Counted from the first letter of the whole stretch, positions 11,250 through 24,784 are shown. The stretch is DNA of 62,370 bases, filler included, from Rhabdomonas costata (GCA_019059605.1; 37 parts of 37 records of this genome joined end to end with filler, not necessarily neighbours in it); one strand, 5' to 3'. Notes: a model not told the origin generated them from the sequence alone. Translations and numbers: made by a program.

Positions 11250-13911
11250 GTCCCTAAATCCTCAGCCTTTCTTTGTCTTTGGTGGGAAGGCGTGAAGCTT
11301 TTCACTCGTGGGTCCTAAAAATCCTTTCTGTGAAACTTCCGAGCGGGACGGTTGGGGAAGCACCGATCTGGTGATGGGGCCGTTATTGCTCACCGTGCTT
11401 GTCAAGACGCCGAGGCAGCTTCTGCATCGGCATCGGCTTATTTGTTTGCTTACCATACTCAGTTTGCCTATTGAACCCAAGCCCACATATGACCGGTTGG
11501 CCTCTGTGCAAGCACGGAATGGGGCAGAGGTAGGGGAAGTCAGGTGTCAAGGGTCTGGTTCCGCCCGGGAAACAAACGGAGGAAAAATGAATATTCAACT
11601 CTAATGGGGAATTGGTGGTGCGTTGGTGCGCTTTTCTTTCAAATGCTTCTCATTGGACGTCAAGAAACTCTCACACTTGGGGTGACGCCATTTCAGGCGA
11701 CAGGATACCGGGTCAAAACCCCCNNNNNNNNNNNNNNNNNNNNNNNNNNNNNNNNNNNNNNNNNNNNTTAATTAATTAANNNNNNNNNNNNNNNNNNNNN
11801 NNNNNNNNNNNNNNNNNNNNNNNGGAGATGGGGAGCACAATATATTCGGGAGATGTGGTGCATTCCAGAAGACAAATAGAGTCAATGAGATGGAGAATGG
11901 AAGCTAAGGATGCAATAAATGACGGGTGCAGAGAGATAAGGCGTGGATTGCAAAGCGTAGGAGTCCAAGAGAAGTCAGCGAATGAGATCAAGAGGTGAGG
12001 TTGATTTTCTAAAAATGTTAGTTTTAAGCAGCACACACAATAAGTTGACTTAGCTCTCTATTTTGTGAGTTTTTAGATAATGCGGTGAATTTTGAAGGCA
12101 CAGGAGCCATTTGCAGAAAAAGCGCTTTTCTCTCAAAACTGCCGTAAGTGACTGGGTCAAACAAACGACTTTTACTTATAAAAATGTGTGCGCTGCAATA
12201 CAGTGCACAGATCGGCGGTGTGCCAGTGTTTTTTCCAATCCAGAGTGCTGCGTTAAACTGCTTTTTTATTTGAACAGCAATGATAACCAAAGTCAATGCT
12301 CGCTTACCAAGAGGCTCTCCAGAAAAACAGCCAAAAGAAACAGGACAGTTCGCTATCAATGACAAGTTAATTAGTCCAAAATGCCTCCAACAAACTTTTT
12401 GGAAGTCGTGAAATAGAATTAAACCGAATCAAAAACTAACACGGGCACAAAAAATAACTTCTATTTGTATTTGCTCATATAGATATTAATTTTTTTCCTT
12501 GATAAAAGCAAATAGTATACGAATATCTAATTATGAATCCATGAGTGCGCATGATGACACATGATGACATGCGCTTTTAGCCAATTATTATAGAAACATT
12601 TACTTGTGGGTGTACTCATGAAAACTTTGAGTGAGATTTGCTGTAGATGACCCAAAACAATCTCCATGTGAAAACATGACTGATCAACACAAACTTTCCG
12701 CAAAATGGTTCTGTTTGTGCTCCAAAGCCATGTTTTTAGTTACAAAGATTGCAAAAAGATGGAAAGAAGTTCTGTCCATTATGACTATGGAACACATCTA
12801 ATCAGCCTTTTATCACTTTCTTGAATTTTTATACGTCATGTTTTGCGGTGAAAAATGTGTGAAACGGTAGGCTTCCGTCATTAAACAGAATGGCATTAAT
12901 AAGAGTCAAAGTAGCACACTTGAGTTATTGTCTGAGCGCTTTCAGGGTTCAAATCGACCTTCTAGAGCCAATTCCTCTAATGGGATTTTCCATGAAGGAC
13001 GAGGTCTTTTTGGCTAAAATTGAACCTTCAGAGATGCTCCAGAACATCACTTCACTTAGCAAGGCTCCTACTGCATGAAATACTATATACTATACTATAT
13101 ATTCTTTTTCTACGAGAAGGTTCGTGAGAAAGGCACAGAGGTCATATACACCACAGTGCATAATTGGAAAGTGTCATACATTCACCACATTGTCTGCTGC
13201 ACCAAACACGCAAGAAAAACTCGGAGGAGTCATTATCTGGCGTCCTGTGCACTTCAAGAAGACGCTTAGTCAAAAGTCCCCTCCTTTGTTGGAAGCAAAA
13301 ACGTGAGGAATAGCGAAGGCTAGACAGTGCATGTAGTCCACAATTGATTTTACGTGCCCATGCCCAGCATACCACAAGCTCTCTCTCAGAATTACATTTC
13401 ATAGATTGCAACNNNNNNNNNNNNNNNNNNNNNNNNNNNNNNNNNNNNNNNNNNNNTTAATTAATTAANNNNNNNNNNNNNNNNNNNNNNNNNNNNNNNN
13501 NNNNNNNNNNNNTTTGTTTGGGTAACCAAAGCTTTCCTTGGTTTCTCCAAAAGGCCGGATCTGAATTTTTTTTTTTGCTATTTTTTCAGTTCTTTGTACA
13601 AAAGCCCGAAAATCCGTTTTTCACAATTGTTTTGACTTTTTTTTAAAACCTTTTACAATTGCAAAGGAAGGAATCCCTGCCCAAGATCATGTCTCGAAAT
13701 TTTATCAGTCCGATGCTGACCCCGATTTTCTTTTCCGTCGACTGGCGTTCGGAACCAGAACAGACAATTTCAAGTCCCATGTCCGTTCGTTTTTCTTTTT
13801 CCGATGATTTTCGTTATGAAATCCCAGAAGCTCTCAGCATTTAATGAGTCAGGGACGGGCATTAACAGATTTCGGGAGGGGGTGGAGGGCGGCCGGACGG
13901 GATGCGTCTTC

Positions 13912-14550
13912 ACCTCTGTAATTAGTTGCATCAGGGTCACGCTCTCGCATTGGTAGGCCTCCTGGTATGCTTCTGCTTCGTCCAGAAGCTCGTTCGCCAT
14001 GTCGTAAACCCCCTCCTGTGAATACAGCGCGTGTCCAGATGCCAACACGTATTACGGGAAGAACAAAGCCAAGGCTAGCATTAGTTCTGACACAATCATT
14101 CAATGTGGCAACAATGCATCTAATGTATCAAATGCCCTCAGATCAGGTGACATATTTCAAGATGAACATAAAATTCAAGCAAGGTCATACCTACCTCAGC
14201 ATGTGATTTAACTCTTTAGGAACCTTTTTACAGTGCAGCTTGCAGCAGTTTTAGTGCTTACGTCTTCAAGTTTGTATGTCTGCTTCGTCACGTGTCCTTT
14301 TCAATTTTCACGAACATATTAATTGCGAATGTTTCAACTGCAACATTTCCGGTTCATTTTGCAGTGAAAGCTGCTTCGCATCCTCTTTTTTTTTAAACGA
14401 AAACGCATCAGGCGGCAGAGAACGGCACACCATCTGAGAACAGACTTCCAGCATTCTTTCGGAGAGGTCCAGGATCCGCTCATGAAGTCCAACCTTGAAC
14501 TCCAGCAGGTCTGCGTTGACAGCCCTCGTCCGGCAGTCGATGTAGTCCAC
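13912..14550 (-). CDS. Two exons of an uncharacterised helical protein (approximate)
   Basis: VDYIDCRTRAVNADLLEFKVGLHERILDLSERMLEV... and ...GVYDMANELLDEAEAYQEAYQCESVTLMQLITE|gtgaag. Confidence 0.4.
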
Positions 14551-15289
14551 CTGGCGGGGGGGGGCAAGCCAAAACTGAACTTCCCATGTATCGAACGTTG
14601 GTATTTTGTGAGCTCCAGCACGCTCACCCGCCCCATGCTGTAGCACTGAATCTCAGAAGGTTCCCCTCAACACAACTTGTTCACTGTGGACTTTCTGCTG
14701 TTCCCTACAGTTTTTCGATCCAGCTGAAAGCACGAACGTCGCCGCGGGATTGCATTATATTGCCTTCGACTCAAGTGAAAACGGTTTATTTTATATAAAA
14801 AGGCATAGCTTTCCTTTTGCACAGGGTTAGGTCGCCATACACGCTCACCAGCGTTACATCTGCGGGGGGTACGGAGGGGGCTACACAGGTTAGGGAGCCG
14901 TACAACAAAAGGAAAGCTATGCCATATAAAACTATATATATTAAACGAGAGAGCTTCAAACTTAACAGAGAAAGAAGTCGAAAAATGAAAAGTAAACTGA
15001 AATTACCCCGTTTTACCGTGTCCACCTCGCTGCATACTCAATTTGCCGCTGGAGGGTGAATTTATAGGGGAAGGGACAAATCTGAAAGGAAACCCCCCAC
15101 CNNNNNNNNNNNNNNNNNNNNNNNNNNNNNNNNNNNNNNNNNNNNTTAATTAATTAANNNNNNNNNNNNNNNNNNNNNNNNNNNNNNNNNNNNNNNNNNN
15201 NGGTGTGTTGTAGGGAAAGCTCTGCCCATTTTCCGTCTCATTTCTTTCTATGAACACTCGCGCGGCAGATGAGCAGAGCTTTCCCTACA

Positions 15290-15570
15290 ACATGCAAACA
15301 GGGACGCTCCTGCTCCTCGGAAACCAGCCCAGGCGCCAGCTTGTGCAGCACTCCAAGCAAAGGGTTCAGCACCGCCGTGGAGTCGGCTCGGGGATGGGCC
15401 AGCCTCTCTGGGGTGTAGCCCCCGCGGGTGGGCGTGGCCAAGCTGTTTACAAAGCACAGCAGCAGTGCCGTGGGATCGTCCTGGGTGGGCTGCAGGAGGC
15501 TCACCAGTGTAGGCCCGTCGTCGTCAGACACGGCGGGCCTGCCGAGGGGGGGCACGGGACGGGCGTGCAG
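15290..15570 (-). CDS. Exon of an uncharacterised protein (approximate)
   Basis: GC3-rich frame PVPPLGRPAVSDDDGPTLVSLLQPTQDDPTALLLCFVNSL...GVLHKLAPGLVSEEQE. Confidence 0.4.
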
Positions 15571-16149
15571 AAGGAAAGCGTGGGGCACTGTAACCAGTCT
15601 TGCTGGGCACCACTTCTCCAAAAATGGTACTCTGGATCCGATTAATTAAGCAGTGTTTGCCGTCACGGCCAGCGGCGCAAGGATTCAACCCATTGAAAGA
15701 ATTGTTCTCTGTCTTTTCGCCGTTTATAGATCCTCCGGAAGACCCCCACAGCCAAGGCATGGAACCCGCTCCTGCTATTTTTGGTGATTCTGTTATAGCA
15801 GGTACCTCTGATTGAGGACTAGTGGCGGGGATGCAGCTGATCGCGCATGAAGTGATGCAAGAGCTCCTCCGATGGTAACACGGGATGCCGCTGTTCTGGG
15901 CAGGGATGGATATCTTAAGGTTGGGGTTAGGGAGGGAGATTACTGTTCCAAGGTGTCATAAGATGACTAAAATCATTGCTGTTGTGACAGATAATTTCAG
16001 GCTCCGCAGCCCAAGACTCTATGTAATACTTGAGAATACTAACTAATATTTGGCATTGAACGGTACCACTGGAACCGGGTACCCCCCCCCCCCACACTAC
16101 TACAAGATCGAGAACATTTGGAGGACACCACACGTGAGAGCATGCACCC

Positions 16150-16530
16150 CTCGATGGTGTCGAAGACCAGGTTCAGAACCTTTTTCAGCTCATACAGCTC
16201 CCTTTGGGTGTCACTCATGCTTTGGTCAACCTGAAAACCGACGGCAGAGACTGTACAGAGACAAATAACCAGAAAGCCAACGTGCGCTTTCTTGAAGTGA
16301 CCGCAACTCATCTGACAGGGAAGGGCGCAAGACGCGAAAGCTCAGGCACCGATGTGTGCACACACAAACGCATTGCGAGTGTACCCGACTCCTCTTCCGG
16401 GAGATCAGCGCGAAGTCGGACACCATCTTTCGGTTCTCCTTCTCCAGTCTCTCGGCCTGCTCCTGGGCCACGGCCAGAAGCTTACGGGTCTCTGAAAGGT
16501 CACTCTTTTGGCGCATTGGGCACAAGCATT
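16150..16530 (-). CDS. Two short coiled-coil exons (approximate)
   Basis: RQKSDLSETRKLLAVAQEQAERLEKENRKMVSDFALISRKRSR and cag|VDQSMSDTQRELYELKKVLNLVFDTIEG. Confidence 0.45.
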
Positions 16531-19500
16531 CCCAAGGATCACACATACGAGTAAATATATAGCACGTTACACCGTAAACTCAGAACACGTGCTTGTTAGC
16601 CTCACTGTCGTGAAAACGTTTAAACATATTGTATGAATACACACCAGCCTAGCGGCAATTTATAGCGTTCTTCAATCTTATAGCGGACTTCAATTGGAAA
16701 CTCGTAACATAGTAAATTCTGAGTTTCGGGGTGTAACGTGCTATATATTTACTCGTATGTGTGATCCTTGGGAATGCTTGTGCCCAACANNNNNNNNNNN
16801 NNNNNNNNNNNNNNNNNNNNNNNNNNNNNNNNNTTAATTAATTAANNNNNNNNNNNNNNNNNNNNNNNNNNNNNNNNNNNNNNNNNNNNTGTGTTGTTTT
16901 GCATGAAACCACCTGTTCATATGTCGCTTTTTGTGTGCCCTTTTTTTTCTCTGTTTGCTCTTTTGAGCATTGCCATTGTCCGGTGATGAATGAGCGGCTG
17001 GGAGCCGAACGCCTGAGTTACGGGAACAGCAGAGGTACTCTTCCTTTGGTGCTGAGGGGTTTTATTTGCCTTCCAAGCGGAGCGACCCATTTCCTTGTGC
17101 AGCACGAGCTTTTTTGTCTTTTTCTGTCGTGTCGTTCATTTTTCTGAGTGCGTGTGCGCAAATTCGGATGCATTACTTCCTGCCCCTGTGCTTTCGGGGA
17201 GGCCTTTCTTTGGCATGGGCTGGAGGATGGTGTAGGCTCGCGAAGGCTGCTGGGGTTGCCAGGGGGCTAGCCACGTCACGAGCGGCCAATTCATCGGCAA
17301 CCCCTGGGGTGTGGTTCAAATCAACGGAGAGCTTCACTGAAGCACTCGCGTATGTCACTTTTCCCTCTCCCGCCCCTCACCCTCACATCCCAAGCGCTGC
17401 ACCTACCCCACGGGCTGTGTGCCCCAGTGCGTGTATATTATCCTAGTTTGGCGGTGGCGGTATATGCTCGTCGGTCTTTTCTAATTTTCCTGATTTAGCA
17501 AAGTATTGAATGGTGTATTTTTGTGCCACTGAACCTTGTTGCGATGTGAAAGGCTAATACTTCTTCACTCCCCCATCCATTAAGTTGTGCCCAAAGTGGG
17601 ATGTGTCGTATGTATTGTTCCAAATTACGCACAGACGTGAAACTAACACATGTTGAACGTGTGCACCATGTCAGCAGGAATTCCACCGCAAGCATCCTTT
17701 TCGCAGTTAAGCATCGCGTGTGTTTGCCGTTGACCCCAGAGATTTTGCCAGCGGTTTTTTTAACTTTCTGAGCGTTTCTTGTGTTTTTGCCTTGGGTTGC
17801 AACATTTTTGGCGTGCGTTTTTTTTTGGCATACGTTCAGCAGTGAACCTTTTTGTTGGGGACACGTGCATCGCTTCCTAACCCCTGCGAGTTCAAATTCA
17901 AAAAGATTCACCGGAAATGTCCATCGCGAATGTGTTCCATCAACGAAAGAAAGGGTTCCTTGCCGCCCAAGTTTGCTCTCCACGGGAACTCCTTTATATA
18001 GCCCAACAAATGTCCTTTCAGATCGCCACTCTTGGTTCAGGCTTCCCCTGTACACACTGGCCTTCAGCTGGGAGTCACATTTCGAGCATTAAGAAGGGGG
18101 GGCTCTCGGAGAACCCAATCACCTCTCAGCCACTCTTGGAGCTTTCTTTCGTCCTTGCAGAGGTTCAGGACATTACAGTGTCAACATGAGCAATAAAAGG
18201 AGCCTTTTTAAGGAGAGTTTTTCATTTTTTCCACCCCACAAAAGGAGAAGAGGCCCGTGGTTTCAGCAATTTGTGAGCTATCAATATCCAGCCAAGTCAA
18301 TATAAGTTGCCACAATTCTTGGAACGACTGGAAGACGTTTCTGTGACCATCGGCAAACATTTCGGGGCTTCGTTGTGCCAGGACATATCGTCTAGTAGAG
18401 TTAAGAACATCTCCTTCACAGCACGTATATGACGGCCATTGGTACTTCACAGCAAAGTTCCTTGGACAACCACCACACNNNNNNNNNNNNNNNNNNNNNN
18501 NNNNNNNNNNNNNNNNNNNNNNTTAATTAATTAANNNNNNNNNNNNNNNNNNNNNNNNNNNNNNNNNNNNNNNNNNNNGGGTTTTGGTGAGCTGCAAAGT
18601 CGGGAATGAGACTCCGCTGAGAGAATTCCTCAGCGGAAAAACAATCTTCCTGCCCTTCTGGCAGCTTGCACAGGACGAGCACCGACTGGGCTTGGAATTG
18701 AGTCAACGAGCAGAACTTGGAAAACAAAAGCAGTACATCCCGCAGCATCCCGCAGCAATTCCCTCGGATGCTCCTTATGCTGCCTTCTGTCAGTTGTCCT
18801 TCACTCTCAGTTGCAAATGCAAATCATCACGTTAGAGGGCAGCGAGGATGGAGTGCAAGACTGCACAGGTGCACTGACACACACGCAGGCAGGCACGCTA
18901 CATGGCAGGACACAGCAAATTTCACTACAGCCAACAAAGTCAACCATGCAACGACTGTCGCATTAAAGTTGCAACAGCCACAACGACCAGGAAGTCACGC
19001 AATGCACATCACCACACTGCCACCCCCGCAGCGCGAACACCATGCATCCACCTCATCCTCACGGCGAAGCAGCGTTGGAGAAGAAAGTTCATGGCGGGTT
19101 TTGTACCCACTGCAGGATTGGAAGGCTTCCGTTCGGAGACGATGACGAGAATGAGGTAGATGCGGGTACCTCAGACCCGGCGGCCTGGCTGAGCCCCGAG
19201 GTGGGCCCACGGGGCAGTAGGGGATTCTCAGAAGGCCGCCGTGACACCCGTGAACGTCCACCTCCTTCCCCCGAAGGAACACTGGTGGGCGACCCCATGG
19301 ACACCTGGAAAAACACATAGACGCAAACATTCTCGTTCAATTATTCTTCTCACTGCTCCATTCACAATACATATTCATCAACACATCAGTTTAAAGACGG
19401 GGGGGGGTTGCGAAACTTGCGCAGAACCACAGAGGCACAAGTTAGCACACAGGTCATCACAGGCTCGCCCAACAGAAAGATTGAAGGGACCGTGGACCGT

Positions 19501-22123
19501 GGAGTGGAGAGAAGGGATGAAAGGGAAAAGGGAAAAAGCGGATGTGTGAGGAGGCGGGGACGGAGGTGCATCACATACCGAGTTGGAATGAACATCACCA
19601 GCAGAAAATGAGCTGTCGTGAAGTCCAGCACCTGAAGATTGAACGAAGCCCAACGTAACGTCATTAATGTCTTAAGCAAGCGATAGGAATTGTGAAAAGG
19701 AATGGGTACATTCATGATGGCTCCCGCCCTCCCACCAAAAAGCAATGGGGCGTGAACTCCGCAAACCGAGAGTCATACTAATCACCCACGGACCAGATTT
19801 CCAATCACAACAAAAAAAGCCAACAAAACCAACGCCCTAAAATCAATGACACAGCTTTGATTGGGGTTGTTCAAGGGTTTAGTGATTACGGTGCTCCCGC
19901 AAAGAGAGCGAGAGCGAGGAAAAATGGCAGAACTACCTGCTGCGAGCCTTTGCCACACAAATTTCTGCGGCGTTAAAACGATTCAATTGCCTCAGCTGGT
20001 AAGCTCAGAAAACAAAGCTTCGGCAAAAGAGGAAGAAACAGAGAGAGAGAGAGAGAGAGGAGCGCTGATACCGGCTGTGGCAGAAGAGGCCGCGGGCGGC
20101 TGCGAGCTGATGCTGAGCCAGCGGGACTTACGAGTATTTGCAAGGGCCTTCTCCCCCCCCACACAAANNNNNNNNNNNNNNNNNNNNNNNNNNNNNNNNN
20201 NNNNNNNNNNNTTAATTAATTAANNNNNNNNNNNNNNNNNNNNNNNNNNNNNNNNNNNNNNNNNNNNTGTGGGGGTTGGCTCTTGTTCTCGACCCTAGTC
20301 AAGCTTGTGTGTGTGTGTGTGTGTGTGTGTGAAGAAGTCCATCTCCAAAAATTGCTCGAAGGGTCGTCTGTGCAATTTGTGCCCCAATCACAAGCACAGT
20401 ATCAGAGTGTTGACTGTCCTTTTGTTTCACCTTTCGCCTTTACGTCGCGTTTTTCTTTGAGGGGAGCGGGGCGATTGTGATCCCGCAGCTGCATTGCGAA
20501 CGAGACTGGCTGGTCCTCGCAGACCGCGTGAAAGCTATCGCCAAAACGTGTCTGTATGGGATGTGGGGTAACATCGAGAACTGTAACCTGCAACGTATTC
20601 GGATACTTTTCTCTCTCCTGAGAGTGTTTCCGACCTTGCCCCGACTGTGTGCACGGCGTGCAGGTGGAACCCGAGACGGGCGAATCGTCTTCTGGCAATT
20701 CGTCGGCGGGGAGAGCTCCACAACTGCAGAGGACTGGGAGGTTCCTCCCCCCCTCCTTCCCCATTTGCCCGTCCCCCTTTCCAATGGCCCACACCATCAC
20801 GTTCGGTATCAAACGAAAATAGTCTCTCCTGTTTCTTTGGCGGATGTTTGAGCGTCAAGGTTTGGAGGAGGCACCCCTATGTAAATCCAAGACACATTTT
20901 TGGCGCACTCTTTGATGTTAATGAGCTCCCTTACATTGCCTGCTGCAGGCGTTCGCGGAGATCGACCTGGAGGTGGGGATTCAGGACATTCAGTGGGGTA
21001 CGTCTCTGCTGGCAGTGACACCTCTGCCTTCTGTTTCTTCTGGTTTTGGTTATGCTACGTGTGCTTTTGCTGCTGAGCTGATTGTCCCCATTTTGGACTG
21101 ATAGCTACTGGATGAACTGCAGTGACGGGCCGAAGCGGGTACCCGGCGTTCCTTCTGCCCCGACTTGGCTTTGCTGGGCTGCTGAGGCATTTCCTGTTGT
21201 GGTGTTACCATTCTTACCCTTAGTATGTTGCAATAGTAGTACCTCGGTACGTCTTCCGCAGCGCGAATGGAGGAAAGTTACTCACATTGCTGCTATGCTA
21301 CTATCGGCACCCCGTTTGTGCGGGCATGCCTTGTTGTTGAGAAACTTGCTCACATTCCGAAAATTTTCGTCAAAACCTGCTCTTATGCTAAATGCACTGC
21401 CATTCCATACCGTCTGGGGCAATGGCGCTATGACCATTTTTGTTGCCTTTGGGCTTCGTCTTTTGGTGGACCAAAACCCTCCCTCGCCGAAGAAGAACGT
21501 TTTTCGCCCTCCCCTCTTGTGCTGCCATTCCCACCCACAGGCCCCGGGGAGACCTTGCTAAGCGCCAGCATGCTGGACAGCGTTAGCATTTTGCACGAGA
21601 CGGTGCTGAAGCGGAAGATGCTGAACAGCGTGGGGGTGGTGCAGCTTTCCCCTGAGTGCGTGCACGTGGAGATGCTCACTGTGAAGGTTGCAGCTGTTTT
21701 CCTTTTTGTGTCGGGCAGGGTTGATGGGGAACCGCCCCAGCAGGTGTGAGGTTTGGTGGACAAACACTCTGAATCCCTGAGAAGCTCGACCATTCACAAC
21801 GCTATCATCTACTTGTGTGTGTGTAGACTGCTCGTGGACATCCTCCCTGTCATTGCANNNNNNNNNNNNNNNNNNNNNNNNNNNNNNNNNNNNNNNNNNN
21901 NTTAATTAATTAANNNNNNNNNNNNNNNNNNNNNNNNNNNNNNNNNNNNNNNNNNNNGTGGTGTGTGGTGGTGCGCTGGCAGAAGCCACCTGTGTCGGTG
22001 TGGAAGGGCCGCTTTTGTTTTTTAGTGGAGAGATTTTTGAGTTTTGTAGTGTGGCAAGAGGTTGGGGCAATGGGATGAGGTTGGGGTGGTCTCTCTCCTC
22101 TCTGCTGGTGCTGACTTGCGCAG

Positions 22124-23142
22124 GGTTCTGTGGCAACGGCGTGGTGGAGTCTTCACTGATGGAAACCTGTGACCCACCAGGCGGGTGCTGGTATGCTTCC
22201 CTCTTGCTCACTTACTCTGTTAACCTTTGCGCCCTTGCTTGTTCGGCACGGGCAGCAGCTCGCCATCCTCGTCATGCGCCACGTCGCCCTGCGCCATCCA
22301 CGAGGCAAGCCCCATGGGCACGTCTTGCTCCAAGTCCTGCGAGGGGTAAACCAGCACAGCACAAAGGAGCTCCACGCCAGTGCACCCTCTATCAACTTGA
22401 TATGTTGGTTCCTCCACCCGCCCACTGCCGTCATGGAGTTCACTTGGATGATATCATGGATGGGATTTTGTCACGCTTTTGTTCTCAGTGACGAGACGTG
22501 CCACCTCATCCCCAACGGGACGGTGTGCCGCGAGGCCTCGGGCAAGTGTGACATCAGCGAGACCTGCGACGGCAAGAGTCCGAAGTGCCCCATTGACAGC
22601 ATTCAGCCCGCCAATACCGTTTGCCGGTGCGTTGTGAGGTGTTGTGAGGCAATCAGGGACTGCCTTGCGCAAGTAGTCCGCCAGTGATGGTGGTAGTGCG
22701 TGCCTGTCTGTAACAAAAAGCTGCGAAATTGTACGAGGCAAATAGTCACGCTGCATCGGCACCCCCTCACCCCCTTAGACGATGCTGGCGCTTGAAGAGG
22801 CACGGTACGTGGCCCAAACATTGTCATTTTGCCGGGAGGCGTGCAGGCAGCTGGATGGCCTACGAAAAGGGAATAAATTGGGTTAATGTAATGTTAATAT
22901 TTGCATACAGTTCTTGGTGATCACAGATATTGTTGTACATGTTAGGGTCAGCCTTACGCTTTGCATTTGGTGATGAGAGGTGCAGGGAAGGTTGTGGTGT
23001 GAGGATCTTTTGGGTATGGGGGGCTCAGGTCCGAGGTGGGCCCTTGCGACGTTGCGGAGACCTGCGACGGAAACAGCACGGCCTGCCCAGATGACGTCCT
23101 GGTGGTTGCTGACACCATCTGCAGGAAGGCCACAGGCGACTG
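22124..23142 (+). CDS. Disintegrin-like cysteine-rich repeat protein; partial, exons 22124-22190, 22489-22626, 23029-23142
   Basis: FCGNGVVE...ETCDPPGGCCDETCHLIPNGTVCREASGKCDISETCDGKSPKCPID...TVCRSEVGPCDVAETCDGNSTACPDD...TICRKATGD; CR....CD..E.CDG.S..CP.D is the disintegrin signature, repeated in tandem. Confidence 0.85.
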
Positions 23143-24133
23143 GTGCGAGCACGCCCCCCCTGTTCATTTGAACCGAAACTTGCCCAGAATTAGTTTTCGC
23201 GTGGATTTCGCGTGCTTGTAATTGGTGGACTTTTTTTTGAATCCACAACTCTCATCCGACGCGATCCCCTAACCCCAGAGACCCTCCGTCCCCCGTCCTT
23301 TCTCTCTCTCTCTTTCGTTCTTTCTTGCATCCTTTTTTTTTTGGTGTACATGGTGAGCTGTGCGGGTTTCACTCTTCATACTGTCCCTGAACCCCTGTAC
23401 GTCTAGCCTCACAAACAAACGAACAAATTTTTTTATGCTTTAGTTTGAGGATCTCACCAAACAGCGGTAATGGATTTGGAGAATAGAGAGGAAGTAGGTT
23501 TGTGAGCGAGAGCAGTGCCCCGATTCCCCCACCCAAACACACCCACNNNNNNNNNNNNNNNNNNNNNNNNNNNNNNNNNNNNNNNNNNNNTTAATTAATT
23601 AANNNNNNNNNNNNNNNNNNNNNNNNNNNNNNNNNNNNNNNNNNNNGTTTTGTGGTCGACCTGGCACAGCTGTGGGCCCCTTCGGCCTTTTTGACGGAGT
23701 TTCCCGCGTATCTCTGTTTGGAGGTGATGTGAAGGGAGGTGCGGGTTGTTGCTTCAGTGGTTCTAGGGGCACCGTAATATTATCTCCCATACATATGGTA
23801 CATTCCAAGTAAAGAACGAGCGAGCTGCAATTCACATTTTCACGCAACTGCATCGTCACACGTGAAGATCTCTCTGTTATTGGCTACGCTCGTTTGCTCA
23901 TGGTGACTTCGCACGCACATCACCCTGATAACATTGCCCCCGAAAAATACGCGCACTGCGGTGGCGCAATGTCTGTCCCGGGACGCCATTAAAGCCGCAG
24001 CGCAAAAGCAGAAATCTTCCGGTTTGCTCGCTTATTAGCAGTTTTGAATTCTCAGCGTGCTTTTTGTTGAACGTTTCATGGCGCCGGAGGGGGTAGGGTG
24101 CCCCCCCCTCAACTACTTGCTGTGTCTTCGCAG

Positions 24134-24784
24134 ATAACGGCAGAGGAAGAGCTGGAGTTGCTGCGATGGAGTGGGCTGGTGGACAGTCGGCTGCGCCTTT
24201 TAGCGGCGGAGCTCCACACGATCCCCTCGCTCACTGTGAGACTCTTCCCTCGCCGCTTCCGGTTCACCCCCGCAGCCTCTACCCTGGTGCCCGCCCAGGT
24301 CGCTGTGACCCCTTCCGTATCAGATCCAGGCCTCATGGTACAAGAGTTGGCAGCAAAGCAGCCAGTGTCACCAACTGAGCATGCATCATCTGGAGAGCTG
24401 GGGAAAGGTACACCTGCTGTTGCTGGGGACACGAGCGCCTCAACTGAGGCATGTGGTCTGCATGTTGGCGGGGGGGCTCGAGGGGCCCCGGAGACAGAAG
24501 GGGCACTGACAGAAGGGGCGCTTATCGAGAAGGCCCCCGAGGCTACGGGGGAGGTGGCCTCCTCCAAGGTGGCGTTGGGGTGCAGGTGGCTGCTTGGGCT
24601 GCAGGCCACGAAGTGGACCAAGGGGGCGTTCACGGAGATTGATGAGGCAGTGGAGCACTGGAATGGTGGGCTGAACACCTTCCTTCGACGGGAGCAACAG
24701 ACATTCCAGAGGACAGCCCAGATGAAGGGGCCCATGGTCCGGTTAGTCCAGAAGGAAGCGGTTGGCTCCTTGGCAGAGTTTTGA
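24134..24784 (+). CDS. PAP: Canonical poly(A) polymerase, terminal exon encoding the C-terminal RNA-binding domain with a long loop insertion
   Basis: cag|ITAEEELELLRWSGLVDSRLRLLAAELH...LFPRRF resembles the PAP RBD motif WxGLVESKxRxL...PF; later RWLLGL resembles the W/F-xIGL strand; ends at TGA. Confidence 0.72.
   Translation: MTAEEELELLRWSGLVDSRLRLLAAELHTIPSLTVRLFPRRFRFTPAASTLVPAQVAVTPSVSDPGLMVQELAAKQPVSPTEHASSGELGKGTPAVAGDTSASTEACGLHVGGGARGAPETEGALTEGALIEKAPEATGEVASSKVALGCRWLLGLQATKWTKGAFTEIDEAVEHWNGGLNTFLRREQQTFQRTAQMKGPMVRLVQKEAVGSLAEF

Noticed and set aside
15641-15649. Internal TTAATTAA as a hidden linker
   Set aside because: A single 8-mer with no flanking Ns; chance occurrence.
17495-18478. 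Fungal-type kinase or effector pseudogene (FAVKYQW...EGDVL)
   Set aside because: Multiple stops and frame changes, and no catalytic motifs.
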